From Phoronis australis (taxonomy: Eukaryota; Animalia; Phoronida): DNA of 64,000 nucleotides. Made by a program: the position numbers and the translations under genes. The stretch is from contig NMRA01001037.1 of NCBI GenBank assembly GCA_002633005.1, positions 1 through 64,000 on the forward strand. Direction: 5' to 3'. Shown in pieces: positions 50,581-61,800 of the stretch; within the stretch, counting starts at the first letter, position 1, and each line of letters begins with the position of its first letter. The notes below the pieces were generated by a model, which did not search any database, had not been told where the DNA came from, and saw only the letters and a list, made by a program, of their open reading frames with translations.

Positions 50581-51157
50581 ACTCTGCTTTTATAAGATTT
50601 GTTAAGTCGACGTTGTTTTTTCGAAAACGGTTGTTAGGCAAACACCGATAATTGACAACAAAAAGCATAACTACGCAAGCCATATGTTTGGGGGTATTTG
50701 GGGTGTGACCCTCAACAGTGGTCCATTTACATGAGCAAAAATATTACGTGAGCAAAAAGATTGGGTAAGGATGGAAAAAGCTGAGCAAAGATGTCATTCA
50801 AGTGAGGCAGTTTTGAAATGTGTGATCGCAGTTCGACTCTTTGTGTTTGTGATAAATTTGCCTTTCTTGAAATCGCGGATTTTCTTATCATTAACCGTAT
50901 TAAGTTTTGTGGTCAACTCTTTCGGTAATAATTGGAGATCGAATGAGCCTCTCAGTGTTTTTAAACCCCGAATGCTTCGGAATTCAACATTAATGGCTAA
51001 GCGTTGGCGTAAGCTTTACGATGCAATGTTGTTAGTTATCGTTGTCGTTAGTTGTTGAAACCGCAGTTTTCTTTCAAAATATTTACTAGCTTGAGTCATG
51101 CAAAATGTCAATGGTTAACAAATTTTGATGGGCCGGGGCTTCATCACAACACGTGAA

Positions 51158-51328
51158 CATGGGCGCACCCGGGAGGGCTCGAACGAGCCCCNAAGTCCAC
51201 AGGAATTCAGCGCGGATGCCTATTTTTTTTAGTCCCCGCTGATTTGCTTCAGTAAAACAGTAAAAGGGTAAAAGGTCCGCATACCGGAAAATTCGACTCC
51301 CCTATATTTTAGGCTGGGTGCACGCATG
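51158..51328 (-). mobile_element. MITE family 2 copy (contains one N)
   Basis: CATGGGCGCACCC...GGGTGCACGCATG with perfect GTGAA 5-bp TSD. Confidence 0.78.
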
Positions 51329-51375
51329 GTGAACCAGCACAGTAGCTTTCAAGTGTTGTTTTTTTTTTGCCGTCA

Positions 51376-51690
51376 TAACGGAAACCATCGTGGACATTTA
51401 TTGAAAACCATGTCTAGAATACAATCGTGTTATCGCTCCGAGAGATACAGCATTCTAGAGGTTTAAATAGTCTTTTCTAACTAAAGTTTAAACGAGACAT
51501 GGTGACTGTTGGACCACGTTAGAGCTAAAAGAAAAGTTAATCCAGGGCTCTCAAGTCCTAAATATATGAAAGACTAGGCAAAAATGCAGAAAATGTTGTC
51601 CTGCTCAAACTTTTTGTTGATTAAAAAGAAGAATTAATTCAACAATGAAGTAAAGCCACGGATAATAGATGTCCACGATGATTTCCATTA
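51376..51690. mobile_element. MITE-like element
   Basis: 27-bp inverted repeats TAACGGAAACCATCGTGGACATTTATT / AATAGATGTCCACGATGATTTCCATTA with 3 mismatches. Confidence 0.6.
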
Positions 51691-51758
51691 AGGAGAAAAA
51701 GGCCACGCAGAACAAAATCTTGAACGGACAAAATGTTTAAATACATCACGTCCCGACA

Positions 51759-51889
51759 ATAGCGAATGATGGTACTGTCTACTATTTCTTGCCTAGTTAC
51801 ATGTATTTTCTGGCCGTGTTGTTTTACAAAATGGTCTTGAATGGAAAATAACTGGACAAGAAATAATAAACAATACCATCATTCGCTAT
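51759..51889. mobile_element. Small MITE with AT|AGCG...CGCT|AT ends (ISL2EU-like)
   Basis: 20-bp inverted repeats ATAGCGAATGATGGTACTGT / ACAATACCATCATTCGCTAT with 1 mismatch. Confidence 0.6.
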
Positions 51890-51959
51890 GTTCAAAATGA
51901 CACATTTCGGCTAAAGATTTTGGAATCCAATCACGAAAAACATGTGCTGAATAAGCAGC

Positions 51960-52342
51960 TCACAGGTGTGTAACGTACACTGGCTCTGTTTCGATAGGGT
52001 TGCACTGAGGCTTCCTACCGTGTGTTGCATTCGCACTCTCTGCTTGTATGCCCCTCTTCCCGCGGTCACGTGTATTTCACTGTTTATTTCGCTATGTGTA
52101 CGGCCTAAGTTCATTCAACCCATTCTCTCACGATGTGATAAGCAGTCACGAAATATAGCTATTTATATTTATAATTTGTTCGTTTGTTATGTCTCCCGGT
52201 GTTTTACTTCTTACCTGCGCACCTGAAGAAAGCAGACTGTTCCGAATTTATGAGCGTACCAGTATCAAGCTTGCAAACAAAAAGTCGAGTCGTGTTTTTA
52301 ACGAAGTTTGTGTAGAGGAAGGGCTGCTACCGAACTATACCG
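51960..52342 (+). mobile_element. Penelope-like (Naiad-type) pseudo-LTR fragment with ORF start
   Basis: ORF 52189 MSPGVLLLTCAPEESRLFRIYERTSIKL...VFNEVCVEEGLLPNYT resembles the N-terminus of Naiad-type PLE ORFs as I recall it; a hammerhead-like motif lies just upstream. Confidence 0.6.
52120..52172 (+). ncRNA. Degenerate minimal hammerhead ribozyme
   Basis: CTCACGA (core CTGANGA with G to C), stem II GTGA/TCAC, GAAA, stem III ATATA/TATAT; stem I not evident. Confidence 0.4.
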
Positions 52343-53714
52343 ACTTTTTCGAAAAGAAAATTCACCCGAGACTAGCATACTAGAATTAGGTGTGATTTTT
52401 ACTCATTTTCTGGGAACTCTTGGCATTCCAAACCTTGATTACCCTTGTACCCATATGTGCAGCTTCAAGAAAACATGATACCGAAATGTTGATTGAAATT
52501 GATTTTGGGCTGGCTTTCCTTCACATGGTGAAAGCAGGTCTCAAAATGAGAGCCACCTAAAAGTTAGTTTTTTGGCCTGAGGTTTTATCCACTGTAATTA
52601 AGGATACTCTTACCGTTTTATTTCTGGTCGTACCAACAAAAGGGCTGGTGCAATTGAATGCTACTGAATTTCAAAATTCTATAGAATTGTTGGAGACATT
52701 ACGAATGCAATACGCAAGGTCTGCTATTTACAAAATGTTCTACATTTGTGATATCTTCTGAGTGATACAAGTTTTACGTTCTTAACCTGTGAAACTCGAG
52801 GAAATGATATCTTTAAATTATCACTTATTTTTCATCATAGTTTAGGATTGTAAAAAGTTTTATTAAAAATTTTCCAGCTTGGGACAGTGAAAATTTAAAT
52901 ATTTCCTCTGCCTCGATGTTTGACGCATGGAGACTCGTAGAAGAATTGCATCGGTTGTTGCATTCAACATTTTTTAAAAAGACTAGTCTATTACCAGACT
53001 AAAACTTCAGGATCAAGAAAATTCAATTTTTACGTTCTTTTCAGTGCTTCAAAATTTAGAAACTGTCCCAGATTGGAGAATTTTTACGCAACTGAGTGTT
53101 AAAACCACTGTTGTCAGTAATGACTCTTCTCTTCCTGGTAGCGAGTATATTACTTATTCCAAAGTACGTACATGACATTGACAGTCAATTGTTTTTTCAT
53201 GAACACTTAGAGAGCTCAAAGCAAGGACAAATTGAGTGCCCAAGCTGTGAGTTAATGTGAATGAGTAAAGTAATTGTGACCTTGTAGTTAATTGATCATC
53301 CTTGGTTTTTCTTTCTTTAGGTTTGGATTTTTGTGACCTTCGCTGCCTGTCATTGACCATCGCCGCATATCATCGACCATCAGCCAATCGATTGCATGCA
53401 TTAATGAACGTCACATCTACGCTTGGACTAGTGGCATAGTTGACTACATCAAGGGGTGGCACCTGCCTGCATAGCACAGATGAACTGAAGTTCAGGGAGT
53501 TCTTTTACACCTGCAGTGTTAACCATACTCAGAAGGGTTCACAAAAATATCAACGGAATGCCAACCGCGAAAATTTACAAATCTTAAACGTTCACATTTT
53601 GCGTAATGACCACATTTAATTGCAAAAGTTCCATTAGACTTTTCAGTTTCCTTGTTTCCAAAAAATTTTAGCTCGAAAAAATACGCATTTTGTTTACCTT
53701 TTGGGCAACTAGTG

Positions 53715-55565
53715 ATTTCATGTAAATCCATTTCACGGTTCACGAAAACCATCAGAAGTAGTTTGGCAGATGGGCGAGGAATTCTTGGTCATAACCGCTA
53801 ATTCTGTCATCATGTTGGGGAATTCCAGATCGTTCTGGTTGATCACTGTGCTGTGTACTGTGCAGTCCGCATATCAATTGTCCATGTATCAGCGAATGTC
53901 CATACATCCAAGATTGCCGTCTAATCTCTGAGTATCGACTGTTCGTGCGTTGATGCCTCGGGTCAACTGGTCGCACGTCAACCGTCCACTTCCCGAGGAA
54001 TATCCACACATTGAAGATCGCCATCTGCTGTCTACATATCGAACATTCACGTATCAAAGGAGCATCCAGATAACGAGGATTGGCATCTTCTGTCCACAAA
54101 CTGATTGTTCACGCATCATTGTCTGCCATCGGCTGTTCACATATCGATTGTCCACTCATTGAGTAGCATTCCTGCATCAGGGATTGTCATCTGCTGTCTG
54201 CATGTCAACCATTCACACATAGAGGAACGTCCACATATTCAGGATTGCCATCGACTGTTCGCGTATCGGCTACCCACACATTGTGGAACTTCCATGCATT
54301 CGAGGATTGCCCTCTACTGTCCGTATGTTGACGATCCACATATCGAGAAATGTTCATGTATTGAGGATCGCCGTCTTCTGTACACTTGTCAACCATCCAC
54401 ACATCGAGAAATGTCCACTCATTGAGGATGACCTTCTACTGTCTACAAACCACCTGTTCACGCAACAATGTCTGCCATCAGCCATCAGCATTTTAATCTT
54501 CTTCACATCAAGGAATGTTCACACATCTAGGATCTTCATCTCCCATCCTCCTGCTGACCATGTTTCCGTTGATGCTTGCCCTTGATCGTATGCATATTGA
54601 CTGTCCCCCCACTGGGACAGTCAATATGCATATGGTCAATGGACTGTACGTATAATGACTGTCCCGGTGGGGGGACAGTCAGTATACATACGGTGGATGG
54701 CAGGCATCAGTGGACACATGATCGGTAAGTGGATGGTAGTTGACGATTCCAGCTGTGTGAATGTTCCATGATGTGTGGAAGGTTGTTATGCGGATGGCTG
54801 ATAGTAGATGTTGTTGTGGGAACAGTTGTTTTGTGGCCAGTAGATGGTGAACCTTGATGAGTGGATGTTTATCGGTGTGAGGGTGGTTGATATGTGTACG
54901 GAAGATGTTGATCCTCGATGCATGGACATTTCTCGGTATGGGGAAGGTTGACATATAGATAGTAGATGTTAATGCTTGAGTGAATGGATGTTCCACGATA
55001 TGTGGGCTGTAGATATGCGAACAGTTGAAGGTAATCTTGGATATGGGATGTTCCTCTATGCGTTGATGGTTGACATGCCTACAGCAGATGACAATCCTTG
55101 ATGTTAGGATGTTTCTTGGTGTTTGGGAGATCGTAATGCGAACAGTTGATGACAGACCTTGATGTGCAAACAGTCAGTTTGTGGACTGAAGATGACGACC
55201 CTCGATGTGTGGATGCAGGCCTTGATATGCGAATGATCGGTATGTAGGTGTTAGATGGTGAATCTTCATGCATGGATGTTCCTCGATGTGTGAACGGTTG
55301 ACATGCGAACAGTTGATATCAGGTGTTGATGTGCGAACAGTCTTTATTTGGAGATTAGATGGAAGGCTTTGATGTATGGACATTCTTTGATGCCTGCACA
55401 GTTGATATAGGGATTCCATAATACACTGCAAAGGGATCAGATGAATTGATCGAGAATTCACCAATAAGATGGCCGAATTAGCTCTAAGTGAACAGGACTT
55501 CCTGCTGAGTCAGTTTTATTACTTCTGCTGGGTACCTCACAAACTGTAAATATGTTTAACATCCA
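53715..55565. repeat. ~1.85-kb foldback (long diverged inverted arms of degenerate ~60-bp subrepeats) with twin central hairpins
   Basis: Left arm 53715-54623 aligns to the reverse complement of 54656-55565. Central hairpins at 54589-54632 (perfect 19-bp stem) and 54646-54691 (20-bp stem, 2 mismatches). Confidence 0.85.
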
Positions 55566-56159
55566 TGTATCGAGGAATATCTAAAGTATTGTTTGTGCAT
55601 TGATGGTCGTGCACCATGGTTGTTTGAAAAAATGATGAGGTCACAGGCAAATTGACAGTTCGGTTAAATAACCATCCCCGATTCTCTCAATAATTCTGTT
55701 TTGGCGTAGATGCACGGCTTAACTGAAGGGTATTGGTCTCGTAGTAAATTGGTGATTATTACTGATGTTCTTTTCAGCATGATGCCATGTTGTAGTGTCG
55801 TCTGCTTACCAACCGTGTTACCTGAATCACCATCTGCAGATCTTCACCTATACTGATGCAAGTGTTAGTGAGTTTCAAGATCCTGAGCTGTGTTTTGACA
55901 ATGTTTTTGTATAAAAAATAACTGACAGTGTTCAGGGAAACCAATCCCTAGTTTCAGCCATTTACTCTAGTAAAGAGGATGACGGGATTGCGGAATGCTA
56001 TATCTACCATCAACAACCTGACTTCCAGCATCAGCGCCTATGATTGACAGCTATCGATGGGCAAGGTAATACGAAAGTGTGAGGGCATGACTAGGATGTG
56101 TGCTGAGGTATGAATGTGATGATGACGACGACAACGGTGTATGTGAATGTGTGCATAAT

Positions 56160-56695
56160 GACATTATGGCGTTCTCCCGTTCAGTGAATTTACTAGATGC
56201 AGAGGATTGAGCGTGTGCTAACATCTAACTCATCTGTCAACTGCCGAGCAGTCTTTCGTCTGGTATGACATTAGGCAGACCAATTATCTACCAGGATTAT
56301 TACAGACCACGTGTGAACACAGTCAAACCCAGAGCGAATTGGTTCGTTCGGTAAGAATAGATTGTCATAACTGCGGTTGTACTTGGGCGATTTCGGAGAT
56401 TCGAAAACTAAACATGATCAGCATTTGACAAGGAATTCAGAAATGCTATTGGTCTATGTTCAAATATTTATTACGTAACTTTGGTTTGGTTTTAACAGCA
56501 CAGCCCAGTCAGGCAAGATACGATCTTATTGGAGATTAGATCAATTATCGAGCAAAAGAAAGCTGGCCCCCAAACCATGAATGCCAGAATGGAGTTAATC
56601 AGTGGTCTTAGACTTGGCAACAGGGGTCAACTTCCCAACCTGTTGTTGAGTTATAGAATCGAACAAGTTAGGATCAACCGGAAAACGCCGTAATA
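56160..56695 (-). mobile_element. Second copy of the decayed LINE-like dispersed repeat
   Basis: Colinear with 39600-40135, sharing e.g. CCAATTATCTACCAGG and TTATTACAGACCACGTGTGAACAC. Confidence 0.55.
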
Positions 56696-57079
56696 AGTTG
56701 TTGTGCATGAGACTGGAGAACATGGAGATGTTGAGCAGTAGAGTGAACTATGAGGAGAACGTCACTTGGGTGTCCCTGTTTTAGTAAGGACCATTGAAAT
56801 AACATGGAGTTTTGGGACTTGTTAACCGGATAAAGTCCTCTCCGTAAATAGGATAAAACTTAACTGTCAACTTTTTCAGGACAGAATGTCAATCAAGTTA
56901 AGCGGGTAAAATCTTCCCCCATGAAAAGAGTAAACTTTAGTTGAGTTTTCTCAACAGAGGACATAATTTGAGTTGAGATTATCATCATTGCTACTGAACT
57001 GAAGAAACAGCGGAGCATTAAATTCAGACTTGTCAGCTGGGTTAAGTCTTGCCTGGAGGGTTGATGACAATTTGTTAAG

Positions 57080-58840
57080 TGTCAGAGGTTAATGAACCCG
57101 TAAGATGTGACGAATTAATGGTGAAATGGTACGAGACTGACTACAAAATGCTGCGACTAAATTGAAACGGTTGAGTGATGAAGCTAAATGCGAAAATATA
57201 TGAACCCAAAACATGCGAAAGTTAATGAACCAATGAAGTGCGAGTTAATGACAAAAACCTGCAAACGGTGTAAGTCAAACGAAACTTTGAAATATGAAAA
57301 AATGATGTACTTACGAAATTGGAGACTTCAATGAATGTGTAAAATATCACAAGGCCAAGAGGGCGTGACGAATCAAAATGAGCTTGTAAAATGAGAAGGT
57401 GACATATAAAGACACCCGCAATTGAAAAAGCATGAACCGGTAAAATGTTGAGTATGGTGAATAAAATGGAAGAAATAATTGAATCCACGGAATGTGAGAA
57501 TTTATGAATGAATGAAATGTGACACAAAGAAATCTGTGGTTGTCCAAATTAAACACAACCGTTAAATCCATAAAATGCTATGACAAACTGGAACCGTTGA
57601 GTGCGATGAAACGATGAAAAAAAATGTGCAAAACAAACCTTCGAGGAAATACCGGGGTATATTCAGACACCCTAACTAGGTAAAGTCTGGACTGTTGAAT
57701 GATAAAAGGTGAATTCTTTGCCATCAATATGGGGAATTTTTCTGTTAAAATCATGTTTGGAGGAGATGAAAGCAAAGATGGGCTGGTGAAAATTCTCTAA
57801 ATGCATCTTGTTAATGAATTTGTAAAACTTGAAAAATTAAAGGTGAAATTGTAAGAAACTATCACATCCATGAAATGCTACGGTAATTGAAATCGTTGAG
57901 TGATGAAACTAAATGCGAAAAATAAATGTACCCCAAAAATGTGAAAATTAAGTAAAATTCGAGTTAATGACATAGCATATATCAAACGAAACTATAAAAT
58001 GTAAAAAATAATGGACTAATGTCACAAACCTTATCAGGAATTGATTGTTATGACTGAGAAGTAATATATTGTGTGTTGCATTTGTGAGAAAAGTAACTTG
58101 TGACTCTTTGTTGAATTGGGCCAAACACCTTTAAATAACATGCTGGTGGAACAAAAATAGGGATTTGGCCACTGCTTGTCAGAGTGATGTAATACCCCTA
58201 AGGAATGCAGTAAAATTTGAATGGGCAAGATATAGTGAATCGAATGGAACATTATGCATCAAAAATTTAATGGAGTTTTGTGAAATGCGATAATTGAATG
58301 TGTCTGTACAGTGTAATTAAATAAACAAAGAAATGAATGACCTGAATTCATAAAATTGGGGGAAATAAACAAACGGCAATCTCATTGATAAACAAACATT
58401 TCAAGTGGTAAAGAATCCATGAAATGCGGCAACTAACTGGGGTCTTGAAATACAAGATGTGGACGAAACTGAAATTCCATCAATTAATGAATTTTCAAAT
58501 GCAGTAATAAATTAAGCCCTGTGTAAAATGCAACTATCAAAGGAATGCATTTAATGATGAACCATTAAAAGGTGATAAATTATGGGTTTGTGAAAAGAAA
58601 TCGCAGAGCACGGAACTAATTAACGATCCCGAAAAATATCACAAACATAAAGCTGTTGTAGCATAATGACAGAACTCATAAAATGAACTATCTCAATAGT
58701 GTGAGGAAGCAAAATTCTAACTACAAGTGAATCTATGAAATGTAAAAAAACAATGGACTCGTGAAATATGAAATACAAGTAAAACGCGAGGGTAACCGTG
58801 AATAATGAGGTAAACCAAAGTCCCTACGTTGTACTACCGG
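57080..58840. repeat. Degenerate A-rich satellite-related flank
   Basis: 57150-57320 resembles 57875-58020, and 58170-58340 resembles 59000-59160 of the macrosatellite. Confidence 0.6.
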
Positions 58841-61800
58841 TAGTTCAAGAAACATGACAAGTATAAAAGGTAAATGGAGATCTTGTCACAAATTGTGGAA
58901 ATTGAATGAGCCCATAAAAAGACTTTAAATGCAGGTCATAGTATCATGTAGCCTGAGCATCACAAAGGGTGTACTTTACTTGTGTACACTATTGGTTATC
59001 AGGGTGGTCTTAACACTCCAAGAGTATGAAAGGAAATTTAAATGATAGAATGAATCATGGAGTGAAGATATAGTGCATCAATGTCGTCGCATTCCACGAA
59101 GTACGACAATTGAATGAGTCTGTAGAGTGTCATGAAATGAACAGAGAAATAAATAACCTGTGAAATTTCAGAAATAAGGAAGTGGAACTTGGTGAACTAA
59201 TGAATCCCTAATCTGCCATGATAAAGAACCCACGATAGGCAAACAAATCAATGGGGTCCTGAAGTACCGGCAAGTGAATGAAATATAGGGAAAGTCTTTG
59301 AATTCATGAATCTTCAAAATTTGTTGAATGAACAAATCTATGAGCAGTAATCGAATAATCTCTGCATGGAATGGAACTATAAAGGGAATAAATTTATTTA
59401 ACTGGATGTCGTGAAGTGTAATGAAATGACAATCCATTAAAAGGGAAGAAATTGTTAGTTGTGTGTAAAGCCACGAATTAAGCATTCATGCAACAGTACA
59501 ACAATATCTCGTGAATTTATGATTCTTCAAAATATCACAAATCAACAATGAAATGGTACAGTAAAATAAACAAAGGCTTAGTACAAAATGCAGAATCCCG
59601 AGTTAATGTGAGATTGCCGTAATCAAAAGTCCTAGTCAAATGTGTCATGCCAATGCTAAATATGTCTGGAATTAAAAATAGGGACGTCTGATTGAACCCA
59701 TCAAATGCATTGACTTTTTGAATCCTGAAAATTTCCATAATGAACAATTTCGAGAAAGGTAACTAATGTTACATAGAAAGTAAATTGAAAGTACATTAAA
59801 TAAACAAGTGAAAAAAGGAAGGTAGGGATGGTGAATGAGCTGAGGCCAACAAATTGAATAGCTAGCTGACTTTAAATTCAGCCCAAGGGAACAAGTTGAT
59901 CAAAAATGGCTATCAAAGCCTTCTTTACATCAGTATTTTTCAAAGTAACTGACAGACACAGCTCTGGCTAAAACAAAAGTTTGTTCACCATCCTGAGGCT
60001 TAAGGGCAATGCAGCGTTTTTTCAATATTTAACATTCACTTTTTGCATTCTGCTTGAAGAATTCATCTGTTAGCATTTGATTCGGTTTACAGTTATTTTA
60101 TGCTGCATCAAGTGGTGGTTCCTTTTTTCACAAACTGTAAAATTATAGAATTGTTATTACGTACTATTATCGTGTTAATAGTCAAACGTGTCGCGCTGAT
60201 GTTAAAGGTTAATGGAATTAAAAACAGGGACAACTGATTGAACCCATCAAATACACTGAATTACTGAATTCTGAAAACTTCCAGAATGAAGGATTTCATG
60301 AACAGTAACAAATTAATACTGCTGTTGTACTAGTTTAAGAAACATGACAAGTATAAAAGGTAAAAGGAGATCATGCCACAAATTGTGAAAATTGAATGAG
60401 CCCATAAAAAAGACTTTAAATGCAGCTCATAGTATCATGTAGCCTGAGCATCACAAAGGGTGTACTTGACTTGTGTACACTATTGGTTATCAGGATGCTC
60501 TGAACATCCCTGAGAATGAACGGAAATTTAAATGGTAGAATGAATCATGGAGTGAAGAAACAGTGCATTCAGTGTCCTCGCATTCCACGAACTATGACAA
60601 CTGAATGAGTCTGTAGAGTGTCATAAAATGAACAGAGAAATAAATAACCTGTGAAATTTCAAAACTAACGAAGTTTGGTAAAGAACCCATGATGTGCAAA
60701 AAATCAATGGTGTACAGGCAAGAGAATGATATTGTGAAATCTATTAGAATTTATGAATCTTCACGATGTGTTGAATGAACTAATTTATGAGCAGTAATCG
60801 AATAATCTCTGTGTGGAATGGAACTATAAACGGAATATATTTATTTAACTGGATATCGTGAAGTGTGATGAAATGACAATCCATTAAAAGGGAAGAAATT
60901 GTTAGTTGTGTGTAAGGCCACGAATTAAGCATTCATGCAACAGTACAACAATATCTGGTGAAATGATGATTCTTCAAAATATCACAAATCAACAATGAAA
61001 TGGTACAGTAAAATAAACAAAGGCTTAGTACAAAATGCAAAATCCCGAGTTAATGTGAGATTACGGTAATCAAAAGTCCCAGTCAAATGTGCCATGCCAA
61101 TGCTAAAGATGTCTGGAATGAAAAATAGGGACGTCTGATTGAACCCATCAAATACATTGACTTTTTGAATCCTGAAAATTTCCAGAATGAACAATTTCGA
61201 GAAAGGTAACGAATGTTACATAGAAAGTAAATTGAAAGTACATTAAATAAACAAGTGAAAAAAGGAAGGTAGGGATGGTGAATGAGCTGAGGCCAACAAA
61301 TTGAATAGCTAGCTGACTTTAAATTCAGCCCAAGGGAACAAGTTGATCAAACATGGCTATCAAAGCCTTCTTTACATCAGTATTTTTCAAAGTAACTGAC
61401 AGACACAGCTCTGGCTAAAACTAAAGTGTGTTCACCATCCTGAGGCTTAAGGGCAATGCAGCATTTTTTCAATATTTAACATTCACTTTTTGCATTCTGC
61501 TTGAAGAAGTCATCTGTTAGCATTTGATTCGGTTTACAGTTATTTTATGCTGCATCAAGTGGTGGTTCCTTTTTTCACAAACTGTAAAATTATAGAATTG
61601 TTATTACGTACTATTATCATGTTAATAGTCAAACGTGTCGCGCTGATGTTAAAGGTTAATGGAATAAAAAACAGGGACAACTGATTGAACCCTTCAAATG
61701 CACTAAATTACTGAATACTAAAAACTTCCAGAATGAAGGATTTCATGAACAGTAACAAATTAATACTGCTGTTTTACTAGTTCAAGAAACATGACAAGTA

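Noticed and set aside
53752-55464. His/Cys-rich ORFs suggesting zinc fingers
   Set aside because: They are translations of degenerate subrepeats in the foldback arms, with no C2H2 spacing and no frame conservation between arms.
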